Positions 33,473 to 44,926 of a stretch of 64,000 bases of DNA are shown piece after piece. The position numbers were made by a program, and so were the translations under genes. Origin of the DNA: an uncultured Nitrososphaeraceae archaeon (GTDB lineage: Archaea > Thermoproteota > Nitrososphaeria > Nitrososphaerales > Nitrososphaeraceae); contig CAWIMJ010000056.1 of NCBI GenBank assembly GCA_963837175.1, positions 1 through 64,000 on the forward strand, read 5' to 3'. Under the pieces are notes generated by a model that saw only the letters and a program-made list of their open reading frames with translations, did no database searches and was not told the origin of the DNA. The stretch's first letter is position 1. The number at the start of each line of letters is the position of its first letter.

Positions 33473-33658
33473 TTGATGACGACCTGTAGTTGTCGATGCA
33501 TTAAATGCAAGAGTCAAAATTTGGAGAGTTTCACATTTATTGCTCCGGATGGTTTTGAGGATATGCATCATACTTGCTTAATTTGTAGAACACATTTTAA
33601 TCATCTTGATGGTGAGACTTATAGTAGTTGTCAAAGATGTGACTATTTTTCTACCTAA
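33473..33658 (+). CDS. Small Cys-rich zinc-binding AOA protein
   Basis: CSCRCIKC...HHTCLIC..HFNHLDG....CQRC. Confidence 0.7.
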   Translation: MMTTCSCRCIKCKSQNLESFTFIAPDGFEDMHHTCLICRTHFNHLDGETYSSCQRCDYFST

Positions 33659-34356
33659 AAAGGGCTTTCTATCTAACCGAAATTGAATTGTCAATTTGAG
33701 AAGCTACAAAATTCAATAATGAATGGGTTAGCCTTGAGTAATAAGGATCCATATTTTAATCTAATAATAATCATTCTGAACTTGAATTAGTTACAAAAGA
33801 AATGCAATAAAGTGACCAAGCATTTGGGTGGTCTGAGCGTATTAATTAAAAATATTAAGGAGCGAAATGTTCTATCAGGTAAAGAATAGCAATTTTAAAG
33901 AATACTACAAAGAAAAACTTACAGATAGAGAGTAATCGAGCCGAAGATTGCCGAAGCTTTTTAAAATTTTCTAGCTATAAAGTCGGATCCATTGATGTCA
34001 AATAAATATTACTACTGAAATCTATTCAATTACACTATGGATATAAAGAGGCAAAGAACCAATAAAAGTCGGGTGCAAGTATATTTTCAATGAATAAATT
34101 AGCTTCTGAAGGTCAGGTCGTAAGTTATCCTTTTATGAAGTATTATAGAGGAAGAAATGTTCTTAGAATGTAGGTTCAGTAGGTGCAGTAGAAGCTTCTA
34201 CACTAGTATGTATAAACAATAGCACAAGAAGAGAAACTTTTGTCTATTTATATAGAGCATAAATATATGCAATAATTAAAATGGGAAGATGATTATTTCT
34301 GGCAGAAATGAGTATAGTAAAGAATTTCTTTACAAGTGATATATTTATAAATCACT

Positions 34357-34842
34357 ATGACTAATATTCAAATAAGATTATTTCATAAAATCGATTCAGA
34401 AAGAGTCTTAAAATTAATTACCGATATTATAGTTAATGAATTTAAGTTTAAACTTGAGTTTAACTCTCTGGATTCTGATCTGCTTTGCATAGAAGAACAT
34501 TATAACAAATCTGACGGAGGATGCTTTTGGGTCGCACAAGAGCCAACACATAAACAAATCGTGGGTACAACAGGAATAAGAAATTTGAAACAATATGCAT
34601 CGACTTGTGAATTAAAGCGAATGTATGTATTAAAAGAGTATAGGAGATTAGGAATAGGTGAAAAGATGCTTGATACGGCATTAGAATTTGCTAAAAACAT
34701 TGGCTATTCGAAAATAGTTTTGGATAGTTCAAAATATTTAGAAGGTGCACGAGCGCTCTACTTAAAGAATGGCTTTGTAGATATTGCTAGGTATAATGAT
34801 AATCATAGAGCAGATATCTTCATGGAAAAAAGCCTCTATTGA
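34357..34842 (+). CDS. GNAT acetyltransferase
   Basis: ELKRMYV..EYRRLGIG, ARALYLKNGF. Confidence 0.92.
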   Translation: MTNIQIRLFHKIDSERVLKLITDIIVNEFKFKLEFNSLDSDLLCIEEHYNKSDGGCFWVAQEPTHKQIVGTTGIRNLKQYASTCELKRMYVLKEYRRLGIGEKMLDTALEFAKNIGYSKIVLDSSKYLEGARALYLKNGFVDIARYNDNHRADIFMEKSLY

Positions 34843-35080
34843 TAAATATATATGTATGAAGTATTATTTTAGATCCTAGCATAACTAATTTATAAATCAG
34901 AAAGTCACAATTATTACAAATTGCAGAAACAAATGGGTTAAAAATATAACCACTTAATTGAATCCCAGAGTATTGATAGACGCTCCTAATGAGTATCTAA
35001 TTGTTAGGCATCAGATCTATCGGTGGATCCACTTTATTAATAGACAAAAATTAGTCCATCCTATTACACAGGTAGTAAAC

Positions 35081-35960
35081 ATGAAGATAGGCTATCCCTG
35101 TATAAACACAAGTATTGAACGTCATTCCAGCTCCACTTTTAGATTGGCTTGCTATTCTGAAAAGCGATTAATTCAAACTGTAAGAGACAATTTATTACAT
35201 CTTCATAAGATTATAAAATATAATGTACACCATCATTTGAGATTTTTTAGAATTAGTTCAAATCTTGATACCGTTTGCTTCTCATCCAATATGTAAATTC
35301 AACTGGATAAATCATTTTAAATCAGAATTTAGACAGTTAGGTCAATATATCAAAGCAAATAATATCAGAATATCATGCATCCTGATCAATTTGTTGTTCT
35401 TAACGCCTTTAATGAAAAAGTGACCACTAGTAGTATAAATGAATTAGAATATCATTGTAATATTTTAGATGAAATGGATCTCGACCAAACTGGCAAAGTT
35501 CAAATCCATGTAGGCGGAGTTTATGGAGATAATGCGAAGGCTAGGAAAAGGTTCATTGAATGTTATTCTACTTTAAATGAATCTATAAAGAAGAGGATTG
35601 CTATAGAAAATGATGACCATTTGTTTAATTTACAAGATTGCTTGGATATTAATGAATTAACAGGTATTCCAGTTGTTTTGATAACTTTCATCATGAATGC
35701 TTTAATTACAAAGAAGAATCAACTATTCAAGCAATTAAAAAAGCAATTTCAACATGGAAAGTTAAAGATGGATTAGCGATGCTTGACTACAGTAGTCAAA
35801 GTAAGGGAGGAAAGGAAAACATGCAACTACACTTGACCCTTCGTTATTCCGAAAGTTGATAATGGAATCACAAAGCGTAGATTATGATTTAATGCTAGAA
35901 ATAAAAGATAAAGAAAAAAGTGCAATATTAGCATTGAAATTATTAGTCGACACAAAATAA
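35081..35960 (+). pseudogene. uvsE: UV damage endonuclease UvsE/UvdE with about four frameshifts
   Basis: MKIGYPCIN, FFRISS, PFASHP, MHPDQFVVLN, QIHVGGVYGD, IENDD, D.FHH, DLMLEIKDKE spread over shifting frames. Confidence 0.9.
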
Positions 35961-36196
35961 TCATTTGTAACTAAGTTTGTGGATTACTCATTCATGATAT
36001 TACGACTCTACCATCTTATCTAAATAATCTGGATATACAAAGTAATTCTATTGTTTTATATGCTCTTTTAGAGATTATATAAATTAGAGATTCATATATT
36101 TCTGTATATGTCAATCTGCTCCTAAGTATTCGCCTTTTATTTCATTGTGCCTATGTTGACCGAAACTCCTTAGATGTATATAGACAAAACAATTGG

Positions 36197-36769
36197 CTAA
36201 TTCTTCGTATTCTCAATAGCTCGTTTCTTTTTCCTTTGAATTAAAATTATGCTAACCATTAGTGTAATACCAACTGTAATAGCAACAACTACTATAACTA
36301 GAATAAAAGCTAACGACGAAGAGCCTAAGTTCCAAGATTCTGCTATATCAATAAAATAGATAAAATTGAGGGTTTGCTTGCTATAACTCACATCATTTAC
36401 ATCAATATATAGTATGTATCTTCCTGATTCTGGAAATACATAGTCATAATTGTAATGACCATATGGTACCAATATCTGAGGGGTATTTTCTAGCTCAACG
36501 TTGTCTTTGACTATCTTTATGACGACAGGAATATCAATTAGATCATCTCCATTAACACTTCCAAATCTCAATAGAATCCTACTGTTCTCTCCTATTACAG
36601 GATTTTTTGGATCTGTTACCATCTCTACTTCGTAGTTACCAATTCTTTGTTTGACTGCACTTTTAAGAGAATCTGCATATACTTGATGTGATGGAATTAT
36701 TATTGACGCAATAGTAATAATCATAATAAAAGCAATCAATGAAGCAATAGAGAAGCGCATTATACGCAA
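36197..36769 (-). CDS. Secreted, C-terminally anchored Ig-like hypothetical protein
   Basis: Signal peptide, GHYNYDYVFPESGRY strand, C-terminal TM followed by basic residues. Confidence 0.6.
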   Translation of the reverse strand: MRIMRFSIASLIAFIMIITIASIIIPSHQVYADSLKSAVKQRIGNYEVEMVTDPKNPVIGENSRILLRFGSVNGDDLIDIPVVIKIVKDNVELENTPQILVPYGHYNYDYVFPESGRYILYIDVNDVSYSKQTLNFIYFIDIAESWNLGSSSLAFILVIVVVAITVGITLMVSIILIQRKKKRAIENTKN

Positions 36770-37400
36770 ATTTTATTGTTATACTCTTACTTTAAAATCT
36801 ATCTAGAAAACCAAGTGAATTAATTTGAATGAATGACTTAATTTTGAATTTTTCTCCGTATGCGTTTTTGACTTGTTGTACGCTTTCCTTTTTGCAATTT
36901 GTCTACACGGTTCTTAAACATTTCACTATAATTGTCAATAATTTCGTCCACAAAGATTTGGTATAATAAAATAATTTGTGGCTCTGACTATTTTATCAAT
37001 GACCAGGAGTGCATAGTATTATTGTTAATGCTGTCTATGTCACACACTTATAGATATCCATATGATAGCTTACTTACAAGTGAATTATTACTCTTGTAAA
37101 AGTGATTATAAATTGAATCAACTCTTGATAAAGAATCACGTTGTATCATTGTCGAGGTTTGAATTCAATTACAGAAATTAACATTTCAGACAATTTATTT
37201 GCTTTTAGAAGATTGAAGATTATACTAATCTGCTTACTAATTAATATAGTTTCTGAAGAAAAATGAAACCTAAATTTATTCGTCCTTTATAAAATAGTTT
37301 ATGATATCTTAAACTTAAAGCTAATTACGTAGTATATTTTTTGTTTTCTCAAGCCTCTTGTTGAACAGACCTTATCAGCCTAGCACACATAATAAATTTT

Positions 37401-37556
37401 ATGGAATTACTTGAATCCATCACATGGATTGTATTAGGTTTTGTGCCAACATTGATTTTTTTGGAAATGTCATGGAGAATGGGAAAAGTGGTAGGTAGAA
37501 GAAGTAGGATGACAGGGATTATGCAGCGAAAAGTGACTAGGGGGGAAATAAAGTGA
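37401..37556 (+). CDS. 51-aa single-TM microprotein, not in ORF track
   Basis: MELLESITWIVLGFVPTLIFLEMSWRMGK...; its stop overlaps the GTG of the next gene (GTGA). Confidence 0.6.
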   Translation: MELLESITWIVLGFVPTLIFLEMSWRMGKVVGRRSRMTGIMQRKVTRGEIK

Positions 37557-37831
37557 AATCAGGAAGATATTTTAGCAAAGATGTTTTGGCATTAGAGACG
37601 CCGCGTATAGGATATGTGATAAGAGAAAAAGAGAATCAAATTATCGTATTTAATGGTATAATGGACAGATATGACATTCCAAAGTCGGAAATCCAAAATA
37701 CTGGACAAAATGTACTAATTGGTCTTCCTTTGTATGCGATAGTACACAAGTATAAAGTGAGTCGTGAAGACCCATTACCTATAAGTACAACAGAGAGATA
37801 TGAACAAGTTAGAAGTTATAGGAGTTGCTAA
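37553..37831 (+). CDS. PRC-barrel-like AOA protein
   Basis: RIGYVIRE....IIVF....RYDIPKSEIQ..G.NVLIGL....I..KY.V.R..PLP. Confidence 0.6.
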   Translation: MKSGRYFSKDVLALETPRIGYVIREKENQIIVFNGIMDRYDIPKSEIQNTGQNVLIGLPLYAIVHKYKVSREDPLPISTTERYEQVRSYRSC

Positions 37832-38128
37832 AGACTAGACAATAACTCTACAGATGCATATTTTTCAATCTGTTGTAGCTTGAATATTATTTATAGATAG
37901 GTCGGTATACGTGTAACAAAGTCCCAAATGCAAAAATACGAATATATGACATATATACTAAAAATATATATAATTTACTTAAGTTCAGAGCTTGCAAAAT
38001 ACTAGAAGTTATTTGAGTAAATTCAAAAATGATGGTTTATTTGCCTGATAAGTCAACGAAAAAAAGGAATGTACAGAATCAGCTATTTTATACATGAGAT
38101 CTGATTTAATTAATTTTTTTTCTTTCAT

Positions 38129-38527
38129 TTAAGCGTTGATATTCTTCCTCAACTTTTTTGTAATATGTATGTGCTTTTCATTCCAGTGTTTAACAAAATC
38201 ACTGATTAGCGGTTGGTAACTGCTCAATTCACTATAATTTTTTTTAGCGAGATTGCCAAACTTACGTCCATATGTTACACACGTCCAACATCCAACGAAT
38301 GGCATCAATGGGGCAATATAGTAACCTGTCTGTCTTCCCGTAAATCCCCAAGCTTCACCTACCATACAGTATTTAGAGTCATTCCGCATGGTTGATTTAT
38401 CGTTTTCATTTAATCCTGATTTCAACTTCTTATACCAAATAGGACATATTTGTTCAATGGTTAGATCTGAAAATGACGCTTTCATTTGTCCTCTTTCTTC
38501 TCTTGGTATTTGATTTTGCATCTTCAT
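38129..38527 (-). CDS. Conserved AOA hypothetical protein (Cys/His motifs)
   Basis: ICPIW, KYCMVGEAWGF, GCWTC, FVKHWNEKH. Confidence 0.65.
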   Translation of the reverse strand: MKMQNQIPREERGQMKASFSDLTIEQICPIWYKKLKSGLNENDKSTMRNDSKYCMVGEAWGFTGRQTGYYIAPLMPFVGCWTCVTYGRKFGNLAKKNYSELSSYQPLISDFVKHWNEKHIHITKKLRKNINA

Positions 38528-39499
38528 TGTAATTCCTATTCCTACATATTTAATATTTTGCGTTGATATGTGATAGATTAGTAAGCAAGTTCACATGCTA
38601 ATTTAACTTATATACAGCGTGTACGGATTTTTCATCAACGGAAAAAGTAGCCCTGACTTCTAATTGATTAAGTTGGATTTGTACAATTATACAAGGAGAT
38701 ATAGCTTATTTAATTTCCAAAATGTCCAATATTACAAGTATCAATACATATTGGAAAACAACAAATGCTGTTAAAACAAGCATACTTTACAAGTTATAAA
38801 CCAACGAGACTACTTGCCTCCGTCTGCATTTTCTAGTTGTATCTATCTTGGAGAACTTATAGGTATAGATGACATTTCAAACAGGAGCTGATGGAATACC
38901 AGTAATAATGAGCATTCGAACGAGAATTAAAAAGCAACTATCAAATTGATCTGTTCTAAACAAGCTGGATGCCACAGATATTTTAACGAATATTAAGTCT
39001 CTAACACAGATGGGCTAAGAAAAGAAGCGGATTCAGGATACTATAGTATTATTGACAATAACAACAAACTGCCCCAAGGATGGCAATTCAAAAGTACTTT
39101 AGTTCTATTAGCTAAATATACGATAAATATGTCCATAAAATCTACTTTTTTCGACAATTCTCTTAATTAAAATATATCAACTACATCGGAAGCGATCCCA
39201 ATGCATATATTAGTATACCATAAAAATTAAGTTAAGATGAAGTAAAGGACTTAGTCAACAAAGGCCAAGACAGTAGAAAAAGCCAGCAGAAAACAAAATT
39301 TTCAATTCAGACAAAGATATTAACCTGAGTATCAAGAAGAACTAGCAATAACAAATCAATAAATAAATTTTTTAACAAAAATCACACTTTTTGTCTATAT
39401 GTGATATGTATATATGCAAAATTAGTTAGCTATCGGTTTTGATAACTAATTATTATAGAGTGGAGAGAATATTGTCTTGAATAAATAAAGTTGGCATCA

Positions 39500-40005
39500 T
39501 CAAATTACTCTTATTATAGCAAATCCAATTATGAATCCTAAAACAGCGCCAAATGTCGGCAGCCATTTTCTTTCTCTATGTGCCTTTGGTATCATGTCAT
39601 AATGCAACATATAAAATATACCTCCTGCCGATAAAGCAAGTATTAATCCAATGATATGGGTCATTCCTTGTAAATAGATTAAACCAACTAAGCCAAGAAT
39701 AGTTGGAATTATGGATACTATTCCTATAGCAATGAGTGCTTTTTTGCTAGTATTAAACGCTGTTTTCCAGATCTCATTTCGCGATATGACGCAATACCCT
39801 CAGGGACGTTCTGGATTCCAATCAGGATAGCAATGGCAAGACCAGGGCCTGCTGCGATGGAAGCACCAATTGCAAGCGACTCAGGAATTGAATCTAATCC
39901 GATTCCAAGAAGAATACCCGCTCCACCACCTTTGCGCTCAGCTATTAAATCTGTTAGAGTGAATATTATTGATCCACCTATAAAGAACAATACTGTCATA
40001 ATCAA
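39500..40005 (-). pseudogene. ZIP (ZupT/GufA) metal transporter, 5'-truncated and frameshifted
   Basis: GIGLDSIPESLAIG, IQNVPEG; continues in another frame as LSAGGIFYMLHYDMIPKAH...GFIIGFAIIRVI*. Confidence 0.85.
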
Positions 40006-40779
40006 ATGATGGTAAAAAATTCAGAAGATATACTTGAGGATATGAATGCAGTGCAAGTTAGAAAAAGTGTAAATAAGAAAACTGTAGCCATATTAGTTTT
40101 TGGCGCATGTGAAAATCATGGCGACCATATGCCATTTGGATCAGATTTCATTGTTCCTATCGAGTTGGCAAAAAGGGTTGCTAGGAAATCACACAATGTA
40201 ATTGTACTGCCTGCTATGCCGTTTGGAGTTAGTTTGCATCATATTGCATTTCAGATGACTATAAGTTTGGAGCCGAGCACACTTATCAAAGTCATAGAAG
40301 ATCTTTTCAGAAGTCTTGTTAAAAATGGAATAAGTAGGATTCTTGTCATTAATGGGCATGATGGAAATATCCCGGCAATAGAACTAGCTGCAAGGATTAT
40401 AAAAGATAGATATCCAGAAGTCATAATTGCTTGTTTGGAAGCTTGGTGGATGCTGGTCGGCGAAATTAAAAAAGATCTTTTCGAAGTATGGAATGGACTT
40501 GGGCATGGCGGAGAAGCCGAAACCTCAGCAATGCTTGCAGTCCGTCCTGATTTGGTGGAAATGAATAATGCGCCGAAAGAGATAATTCCAAACTTACCCA
40601 ATAATATAAGAATTTACTTTAATTTTAATGAGCTAACAAATACGGGAGCGACTGGTGCTCCTATGAAAGCATCTATTCAGAAGGGGGAGAACGCTTTGAG
40701 TGCTCTCGAAGATGTTTTGCTTTCATTTGTAAATAAAATGGAAAAGTTTGAATGGAAGTACGGAATTTCCTTACAATAA
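40006..40779 (+). CDS. Creatininase-family amidohydrolase
   Basis: GACENHGDHMP.GSD, GVSLHH, INGHDGN, GHGGEAETS. Confidence 0.92.
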   Translation: MMVKNSEDILEDMNAVQVRKSVNKKTVAILVFGACENHGDHMPFGSDFIVPIELAKRVARKSHNVIVLPAMPFGVSLHHIAFQMTISLEPSTLIKVIEDLFRSLVKNGISRILVINGHDGNIPAIELAARIIKDRYPEVIIACLEAWWMLVGEIKKDLFEVWNGLGHGGEAETSAMLAVRPDLVEMNNAPKEIIPNLPNNIRIYFNFNELTNTGATGAPMKASIQKGENALSALEDVLLSFVNKMEKFEWKYGISLQ

Positions 40780-41197
40780 AATCAACAATTCAAAATGAAA
40801 ATTATTAGAAGTCTAACGATATATATAGATATGATGATAAAAATTGCTCATTCTGACTATAGAATCAATTGTAATGAGTATTGAGTTATTTCATGCAATA
40901 AGACAAAAAGACTGTTAGATTTCCCTAATATTTCTTAATGATGGATTTTGTAGCATTATAAATACAGGTAATGAATTTATAATTTGAAGCCATGAACCCA
41001 CAGATTTTATTGATGATATTCTTCTTCATCTATCGGATGTATTAGAAGAAAGAATAAACTAACATGCAGGGACTGTGATGATGTCATTGACGTAGTTGAT
41101 ATTGTCTCTTAATTATACAGAAAATGCAATATATAAAAGACGTCTATTTTGATTTGAATCTTTATGAATATATATTTGAGCTTTACATAAGGCCGAT

Positions 41198-41482
41198 TCA
41201 CTTTTTATGTTGTTTATCATACCTTAGCTTTAGTCCTATTAGGAGAACATTGAGAACGAAGCCGCTTACATTAGTACCAATTATTACAAGGTCATTTCTT
41301 AGAATGCCATATATTATCCACAAAAACATTCCAGTTGATATAAGCCCCAAGAGATAAATTGAGACGTCGATCATCCTCTTCGTCTTGTATGCCTTGATTA
41401 CTTGTGGAATAAACGACGATAATACCAATACGCCAGCAACAATACCTATGCTGTCAGCTAGGGCAAAGTAGTTTTGTAACAT
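41198..41482 (-). CDS. SemiSWEET/PQ-loop transporter
   Basis: SFIPQVIKAYKTK...DVS, LWIIYG, N..; three TM segments; likely start ATG 41482. Confidence 0.88.
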   Translation of the reverse strand: MLQNYFALADSIGIVAGVLVLSSFIPQVIKAYKTKRMIDVSIYLLGLISTGMFLWIIYGILRNDLVIIGTNVSGFVLNVLLIGLKLRYDKQHKK

Positions 41483-42310
41483 AAATGAAAGACCGCATTT
41501 TCTTTGATATAAAGCAACTTGCATCTGTCTATTTTTTGCTACTAGAAGGGTTTACAACAGTATCGTTCTAGTCTTCTATACATAATCATGATAACAAAAT
41601 ATTAACCTCTAAGAGCTTGATCATTCAAATTGTTTTCAATACTACTAAACACTTGTCAACAGCTCTAAGATGTGCATACTAAAATCTTTGGCTTGACAAG
41701 GAAGATGATCCGTGGCAAAAAGATTTAAGAAAATATCTAGATGCTGTAATGCAGCTGAGCTCTGGTCAATTCTACCTGTGATTCTACAGTGACTTCTGTA
41801 AAATACTGAGATAGAGACTTTAGCTTCACCAAGAAGAATTAACAGTTAAGTTTGGCAAATGTTATCAAGAGTTTTAAAATTTTTAATGAATATTGATTTT
41901 CAATACTGGGGTTGTTTCCAGCGTATCGAAGCGTTATGATTTAGATAAAATGTAGAATATATATTACAATATACTCTGTAAATAGATTTTAGAAGTCAAT
42001 TCTAATAGAACGAATTAAAAAAAAATAAAGGTTATAAATTTCATAATATTATATAACATTAAATTACATTAACTTATAATATTATTAAAGTGCTACCTTA
42101 TTAATACTAAAATAAAGCCTCTTAAGTAATAAAGTAGAATTATATATGAATATCTCCTATATGTGCCTAATTGTGAATAGCTATGACTAATGAACTGTTT
42201 TATTTAAATCTGAGATCTGTAGCCAATTCTAGCCATAGCACATATCTTCACACAATTGTTCAGTTATTTAGTTATTTGCCTATAAAGCAAAGTTTTCAGA
42301 GGTTTATCAC

Positions 42311-43765
42311 TTGACTGTCCAACAACATAAGTCAAAGATTAGAGAATTAGACAAGAAGCGATGGATGGTAAGATTCCTCATACTCTCTGCAGTTGCTGTG
42401 GTTTTGGTAATTAAACTTTACTTAACATTATTTGTAATGGATAGATTATTGGGGATCTATAGCTTCCTTACAACCTTTATATTATTTAATATATTGACAT
42501 TCGCTTGGCTGAGATATAGAGATCCTTATTTTAAAGCCAAAGACACTGACCTTTCAGATGTTAAACCGCCTCTTATTTCAATTGTAGTACCAGTAAAAAA
42601 TGAAGAAGATAATATCAAAAACTGCGTTATGTCTTGCGTGAATCAATCATATAAGAATAAAGAAATTATCGTAGTAAATGATGGTAGTACTGATAATACA
42701 CCTAGAATTCTAGATGAAATCCGAGCAAAAGTAGGACCAGAGGAGATGCATATACTTCACTTATCCAAAAGTGTTGGAAAAAAAAGGGCAGTTGAAGCAG
42801 CAAGTGAAATCGCTAAAGGAGAAATTTATGCTTTTATGGATAGCGATTGTGATATGGCAAGTGATGCTGTTGAAAAAGCTGCGAAGATCTTTATGTCAGA
42901 TACGTTAATTGGAGCCTTGACTGCACAGGGAAAAGTCAGAGGTGCGCATACCGGTAATATATTATTAAAAATGCAACAAGTATACATTGATGGATCATAT
43001 AGAGTAATAAAAGGATCCGAAAGCTCATTTAATTCACTTACCTGCTGCTCAGGATCGCTGAGTTTCTATAAAAGAGCCGCTATTCAGGACTTTATCCACG
43101 AATGGGCGCACGATCGCTTTTTAGGTGTAGACTTTAAATTCTGTACTGACAGACGTATGACTGCACATGTGCTTGGAACAAAGGTTATTTTAAACGATAA
43201 TAATTTGCCAAATCAAGAGAAGCGGCGTCAAAAGATTCCAATACTACAAACTGGAAATGATGATCTAGATTCTATGAAATCATCTTCAGATCCGGATATG
43301 GATGATGATAAACGTACATCCAAACCTTATTGGAAAGTGTTGTTTAGTTCAAGCATTAGAGTAGCCATAGGAGTTCCTGACAGCGTTCCAGCACTTATGA
43401 AACAACAGATAAGGTGGAAAAAAAGTTTCCTCCGAAGTCTCTCCTCAACGGGTGGAATATTCTGGAAACGTCCTCCTTATGCAGCAATGTTGTATTACAT
43501 ACAAACTGGCATGAAATTTATCCGTCCATTTATTCTGCTCCATGCAGCAATTATGCTACCACTTACAGGGGATATTTTATCACCTATACTGTGGTTGTCA
43601 GGAATAATGTTTACAGGAATGATTTATGGAGTAGACTTCAGGTTACGAAATCCCGGCGATAAATTATGGTTGTATCGTCCCCTATTTACATTCCTTACAA
43701 CATTTGTATATACTTGGTTGCTTATTTGGGCTGGAATTACCATTAGAAAACAATCATGGAGATAA
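42311..43765 (+). CDS. Processive GT2 glycosyltransferase, hyaluronan-synthase/NodC-like
   Basis: VNDGS, GKK.A, MDSD, CCSGSLSFYK, TDRRMT, QQIRWKKSFLR; N- and C-terminal TM helices. Confidence 0.85.
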   Translation: MTVQQHKSKIRELDKKRWMVRFLILSAVAVVLVIKLYLTLFVMDRLLGIYSFLTTFILFNILTFAWLRYRDPYFKAKDTDLSDVKPPLISIVVPVKNEEDNIKNCVMSCVNQSYKNKEIIVVNDGSTDNTPRILDEIRAKVGPEEMHILHLSKSVGKKRAVEAASEIAKGEIYAFMDSDCDMASDAVEKAAKIFMSDTLIGALTAQGKVRGAHTGNILLKMQQVYIDGSYRVIKGSESSFNSLTCCSGSLSFYKRAAIQDFIHEWAHDRFLGVDFKFCTDRRMTAHVLGTKVILNDNNLPNQEKRRQKIPILQTGNDDLDSMKSSSDPDMDDDKRTSKPYWKVLFSSSIRVAIGVPDSVPALMKQQIRWKKSFLRSLSSTGGIFWKRPPYAAMLYYIQTGMKFIRPFILLHAAIMLPLTGDILSPILWLSGIMFTGMIYGVDFRLRNPGDKLWLYRPLFTFLTTFVYTWLLIWAGITIRKQSWR

Positions 43766-44088
43766 ATGCACAGTATGCTAATGGACTATCTCTGTTCATG
43801 CGTAGCTACTACTCTACGAAGAAGCAAATTATAAATAACAATTCTTATTCATAATTTTTAGCTAGGCAAATGAAGTTCAAAAGAGAGAGAAGCTAAAGAA
43901 GTACTGAGTATAGCATACAATGTATTTATCTCGATAAATACATTCTATCTATGAAATTTGAGAAACGAAAATCATTAAGCAATGCTATTGTTGTTTTAAG
44001 TCTTTGCAGCGTTAGTTAATTAATAAGTATATATGGAAAGATAACTTAATAAGGACAAATTGAATATTTGTTGTGATTTAAGAAATAA

Positions 44089-44490
44089 ATGCAAAATTCA
44101 AATGACAAGCCCAATGTTGAATCTCTAAAATTGAGGGGAAGAAGAGCTATAGACATCGAACACAAGAATAAGTTTAAAGAGGATGAAACAAGGATTAATA
44201 TTAAAATATCCGATATTTATAGTGTCGACTTAGAAGAAGCAAAGGATATTCACATAAATTATCATTCAGGAAGAATATTGTTTCTCCTGATGGCCAGAGC
44301 AAAAAAGAATGGAATGATCGATTCTATGTTTATTGATAGAGTAAGAAACATGAATATTTATGAATGTGCTCTTAGTGTGGCGCAGGGAGAATTGATAGAA
44401 ATGGCTGCAGTTGATTTACTATACAAAGAATTATGTGAACAAGAAAGTAAAGGCACTATACAAGATAGATATAATAGCTTCTATGGCTGA
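44089..44490 (+). CDS. Hypothetical protein
   Basis: 133-aa codon-like ORF with no recognised motif. Confidence 0.5.
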   Translation: MQNSNDKPNVESLKLRGRRAIDIEHKNKFKEDETRINIKISDIYSVDLEEAKDIHINYHSGRILFLLMARAKKNGMIDSMFIDRVRNMNIYECALSVAQGELIEMAAVDLLYKELCEQESKGTIQDRYNSFYG

Positions 44491-44926
44491 CCAATCCTTC
44501 TTATTACTCATTGCAAATATCTATAATGGATTAATAAGCTTTTGACTTAATCTCATAAGAAGGAAAAGGGGCTCGATATATCTACTATATTATCGCTATG
44601 TAAAGGTTGCATAATCAAGCAAGCTTACAGAGGCACGACCGCTAAACTGTGTATTACAGACATTTACCTTTGCCATAACAATATGCCAGAGGGTTATCTA
44701 AATTCGCCACATGATATGATTAGTAATGTCTAGAGACCCCCTAAGAGTGAATTACTTGTAAAAGTGAATCATTGCTAGCAATTTGAGATTTATCAATTTT
44801 CTTAACTGTAAATGCCTTTTTCAGTTGTAAGCAGAATGAATCATAAGCATTTGGTAGAGATAAGTAAAGTATAATAAAATTGTGGCAGTCTTGTTCTTCT
44901 TGATTGACGAAATAAAGGCGCTAAAT

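Noticed and set aside
38800-39090. Possible tyrosine-recombinase C-terminal relic
   Set aside because: Only 3-4-residue matches across several frames; cannot be supported without a search.
37079-44770. Similar short strings AGTGAATTA..CTTGTAAAAGTGA at ~37079 and ~44746
   Set aside because: Short, AT-rich and gapped, and the flanks do not align; compatible with chance.
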